Assembly (NCBI GenBank): GCA_010909165.1
Contig: VJWM01000106.1
Span: 372,001-436,000, forward strand
Reading direction: 5' to 3'
DNA from: Anthoceros angustus
Taxonomy: Eukaryota > Plantae > Anthocerotophyta
Length of the DNA stretch: 64,000 nt
Position numbers and translations under genes: made by a program. This document shows, piece by piece, positions 61,342 through 64,000 of this stretch (position 1 is the stretch's first letter; every line of letters starts with the position of its first letter). The notes beneath the pieces were generated by a model. The model did no database searches, was not told where the DNA came from, and was given only the letters and a program-made list of their open reading frames with translations.

Positions 61342-64000
61342 TCAAGAAGCAACACGCCCGAAGAAATGTTCCAGTTGCAAGTGCCCTTGCCTGTTGGTGC
61401 TACGAGAGTCTGTTAACTTCGAGCGCTTTGGTCGAGTGGGTTTGCTTGGAGTGGCCGGAGAAGTTATTCCCTATTGTAAGGCAAAGAAAGTGAGGAAGGT
61501 TTTTGTTTCAAATCCATAGCCACGTAGCAACAACAGATGATTTTTTCACCTACCTGTCCCACAGAAGTCTGAGACGGTTTCAGTATTGTCACACGACCAC
61601 CACGTCCATCAGCTCCTGAAGAAATATACTTCCCGCTGGAGACTCCCTGCAAGACTGAAGTGATTCCAGTTGAACGTATTTTCTTCGAGTCCAAGGGGAT
61701 GCTGGGTCTGTTGTCTTCGTGATATACTGTCTTGGACATGTTGATGAAGCTCCTTGCGCCCCCTCCATGGCCCTCTTCCGCGGCATCTGAGACAAAAGAG
61801 GTCCTTGGGCCTGGAAAGCTAAACAGTCACTCACTAGAAGATGGAGGTTGTTCATTCAATCATGAATATTCGGGTGAGGCAGCTCAAATAATGGCTATCT
61901 TACAAGATAATAGCGAGGAGGGCTTGTACACAGCAGGTGCTTACTTGGAGATAGGAAGCGGGGGCTGGAGCTTTGTGCCCGTGGGCTGGAACCCTGTGCC
62001 AAAGACAGCTCTCTTCTTATAGGAAGGGAAAGCCCAGCTTCTAATTCGTCGGGTTGCTGGTGCATCATGGACTTGGAGCATGTGGTATCGTCATTGTTGT
62101 TCCTGGGCCTGGATGGATCACAAGTGAAAACAGGGTGGGACAAGTGCCCTCCAAATTTCGGAGAAGAGCTGTATGCCTCTGCGTTAGACCTTTCCGTGTC
62201 GGAATATCCCACATCAGACACCGCCCTTACTGCGAAGGTCTTGCTTCTGCTCGGTACCAAGACGTCCGTCTCGCATTTGCTAACAGGAAAGGATCTTGTC
62301 CTGAGTACTGGGGATGTACCGAAGGTGCTGCTCGGGCCCTTATCGAGATAAACAGGGAGACGTCCAGTCTCTCCATGCACACCTAGTGTTGCCATGGCAC
62401 TTGTCATAGTACTCGTAGCGTGCATGGAAGATGAGTTTCTAAGCATGCCATCATCACCAAGAAAGGTTTTCGGAGTTTCTGTTCGGCTGTCGGAGCTGTC
62501 ATCCATTGGCATCCCAAGCACGTCACCCATTTGCTGCCGGGTACAACCTGTTTCCTGTTCGAAACCTCCAGATGCAAGACTGGCAGATAGCCTAGTAATT
62601 TTCGTCAACCTCTCCCTGCATAAGGCTGCCGAAGTAGCTGGCTCAGTTTGATGTTCAACTTGCCCTGTAACTCCTTCCCTGGGTCCGTCACGTCGCAGGA
62701 TAGACCTTAACTTAGCGTTCTCTTGCTCTTCCAGCTTTCTCTCCAGTTCTTGAACCCTGGCCTGCACTTTCCACAGTTTTAGCGGAAACTCTAGCTTGCC
62801 ACAACACCATCTGACTGTTTCCAGATCTTTGGAACTAGGATAGCTCACCTTCAGCTTCTTCATCTGTTCAAAAGACTTTTCACACTTCCGAACAGCTTGC
62901 CCCTCACTGAGGCCCAGCTCGTTGCACCTTGCCATTAAGTCCTTGTAGGTCCTATTACAACCAGTTCCTCGATGAGGCCACATCACCATTGCACACCCAG
63001 CACGCACTTCATGTCGACGTTTCGTACCTGTTTCGTAGGACCAGAGACTTGGTGAGAGTATCTATGATGTCCTCCTTGTTGGAACTCCTACCTAAACTTG
63101 CCAGCCTTAACACGTCCTCCTCAGCTATATCTGTATCTCCAATTCTGCCATAACAAAACACCCCGTTCAGAAAAAGTGCTGGCTTGTACCTTTCCCTGCC
63201 AATGCCTCACTCTACACTCGACACTCACAATTTGTGGGCAGCAAGCTCCTTAGCCATGGCTATGTTCTTCTCAAGCAGCATAGACCGCTCCATCATCGAT
63301 CTTCGCAACTCCTGTGGAACACAAAGGAAGATGTCAACCAAAATGGAGCAAACCTGCAGTCCAGCTGGCCAAATGCAGCCAAAGAAACTGGCATCACCTC
63401 TTGGGTTCTGGCAAGAGCTTCTTTGCAATATGATCTCTCTCTGTTAGCTTCGGTACGTGCAGCTTCAGCCTTGTCAACTCTCACTATATACTCTGACAGC
63501 TGCAAACGGCAAATCACATTACTGCCACTTACACCTCTTCACAAACCCATCACTTTGCATCCATTTAAACCACCAATGCCAACCTGGCTATCGAGGTCCG
63601 TCAGTTGCTCCTGATAAGAGCTCAAGGCAGCTTTTGCAACGGAGAGCTGGCCTTCCAGCTTGGTGACAAGAGCTTCATCGGCCTGTAAAAATAAAGCCAT
63701 GCACATAAAGCCATAAATCATAGGCCAACCTAAACGCCAGGACAAAGAAAAAAGGTGGAAGACTAACCACAGATCTCTCAGCGCAAGGCGGAGATTTTGA
63801 GGTCACTCCCAGCTGATTCCTAATCTTGGCGGTGTCGGCAGCGGATTGGAAGTACAACCTGTGCGTCTCCTGACTGGTGCATTCTTTCTTACACAAAGGA
63901 CAAGTCGCCTTCCTTCCGCGCGGCGTATACTCAATCCACTGCTGCAAGCTTCACAGCACACACACACACACACACACGACACATTGTACATTATCCTCAC
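61342..64000 (-). CDS. TRAIP-like RING E3 ligase (5' end outside window)
   Basis: RING tail QQWIEY..TCPLCK..RLYFQS, coiled coil, GADGRGGR motif, and last exon GHLQLEHFFGRVAS* (PIP-box-like). Confidence 0.85.

Noticed and set aside
63956-63977. (CA)n microsatellite
   Set aside because: Ordinary intronic simple repeat.

Overview
Gene-dense eukaryotic nuclear DNA from a seed-free land plant. A hornwort (Anthoceros-like) is most likely, given ~100-bp GT-AG introns, tight gene packing and a DYW:KP-type PPR protein. Host genes: eIF4A-III, a DYW:KP PLS-PPR, a GT47 exostosin, RanBP1, UTP11, a P-class PPR, an At4g36440-like membrane protein, an intronless RPS14, an RBR E3 ligase and a TRAIP-like RING E3. 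Two mobile regions stand out. (1) 20280-43713 is a complete ~23.4-kb GC-rich DNA transposon with perfect 21-bp TIRs (TATGGAATACC...) and a 6-bp TSD (GCCTGA). It encodes an IS3/IS481-like DDE transposase, which matches the IS3EU signature. It also carries a HECT E3 ligase domain, a probable Ulp1-like peptidase and several unknown ORFs, with the HECT/Ulp1 module enclosed by long inverted repeat blocks. (2) 1-~8455 is a rearranged element with an intron-containing beta-class (N4-C/N6-A) DNA methyltransferase, a ParB-like-associated fragment, a transposase-like C-terminus and many copies of a 20-bp palindrome. It is followed by gag and CRE-like LINE remnants. Coding sequences inside the repeats are full of small indels, which may be partly long-read consensus error. 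All family calls are from motif recognition by eye; no database search was run.
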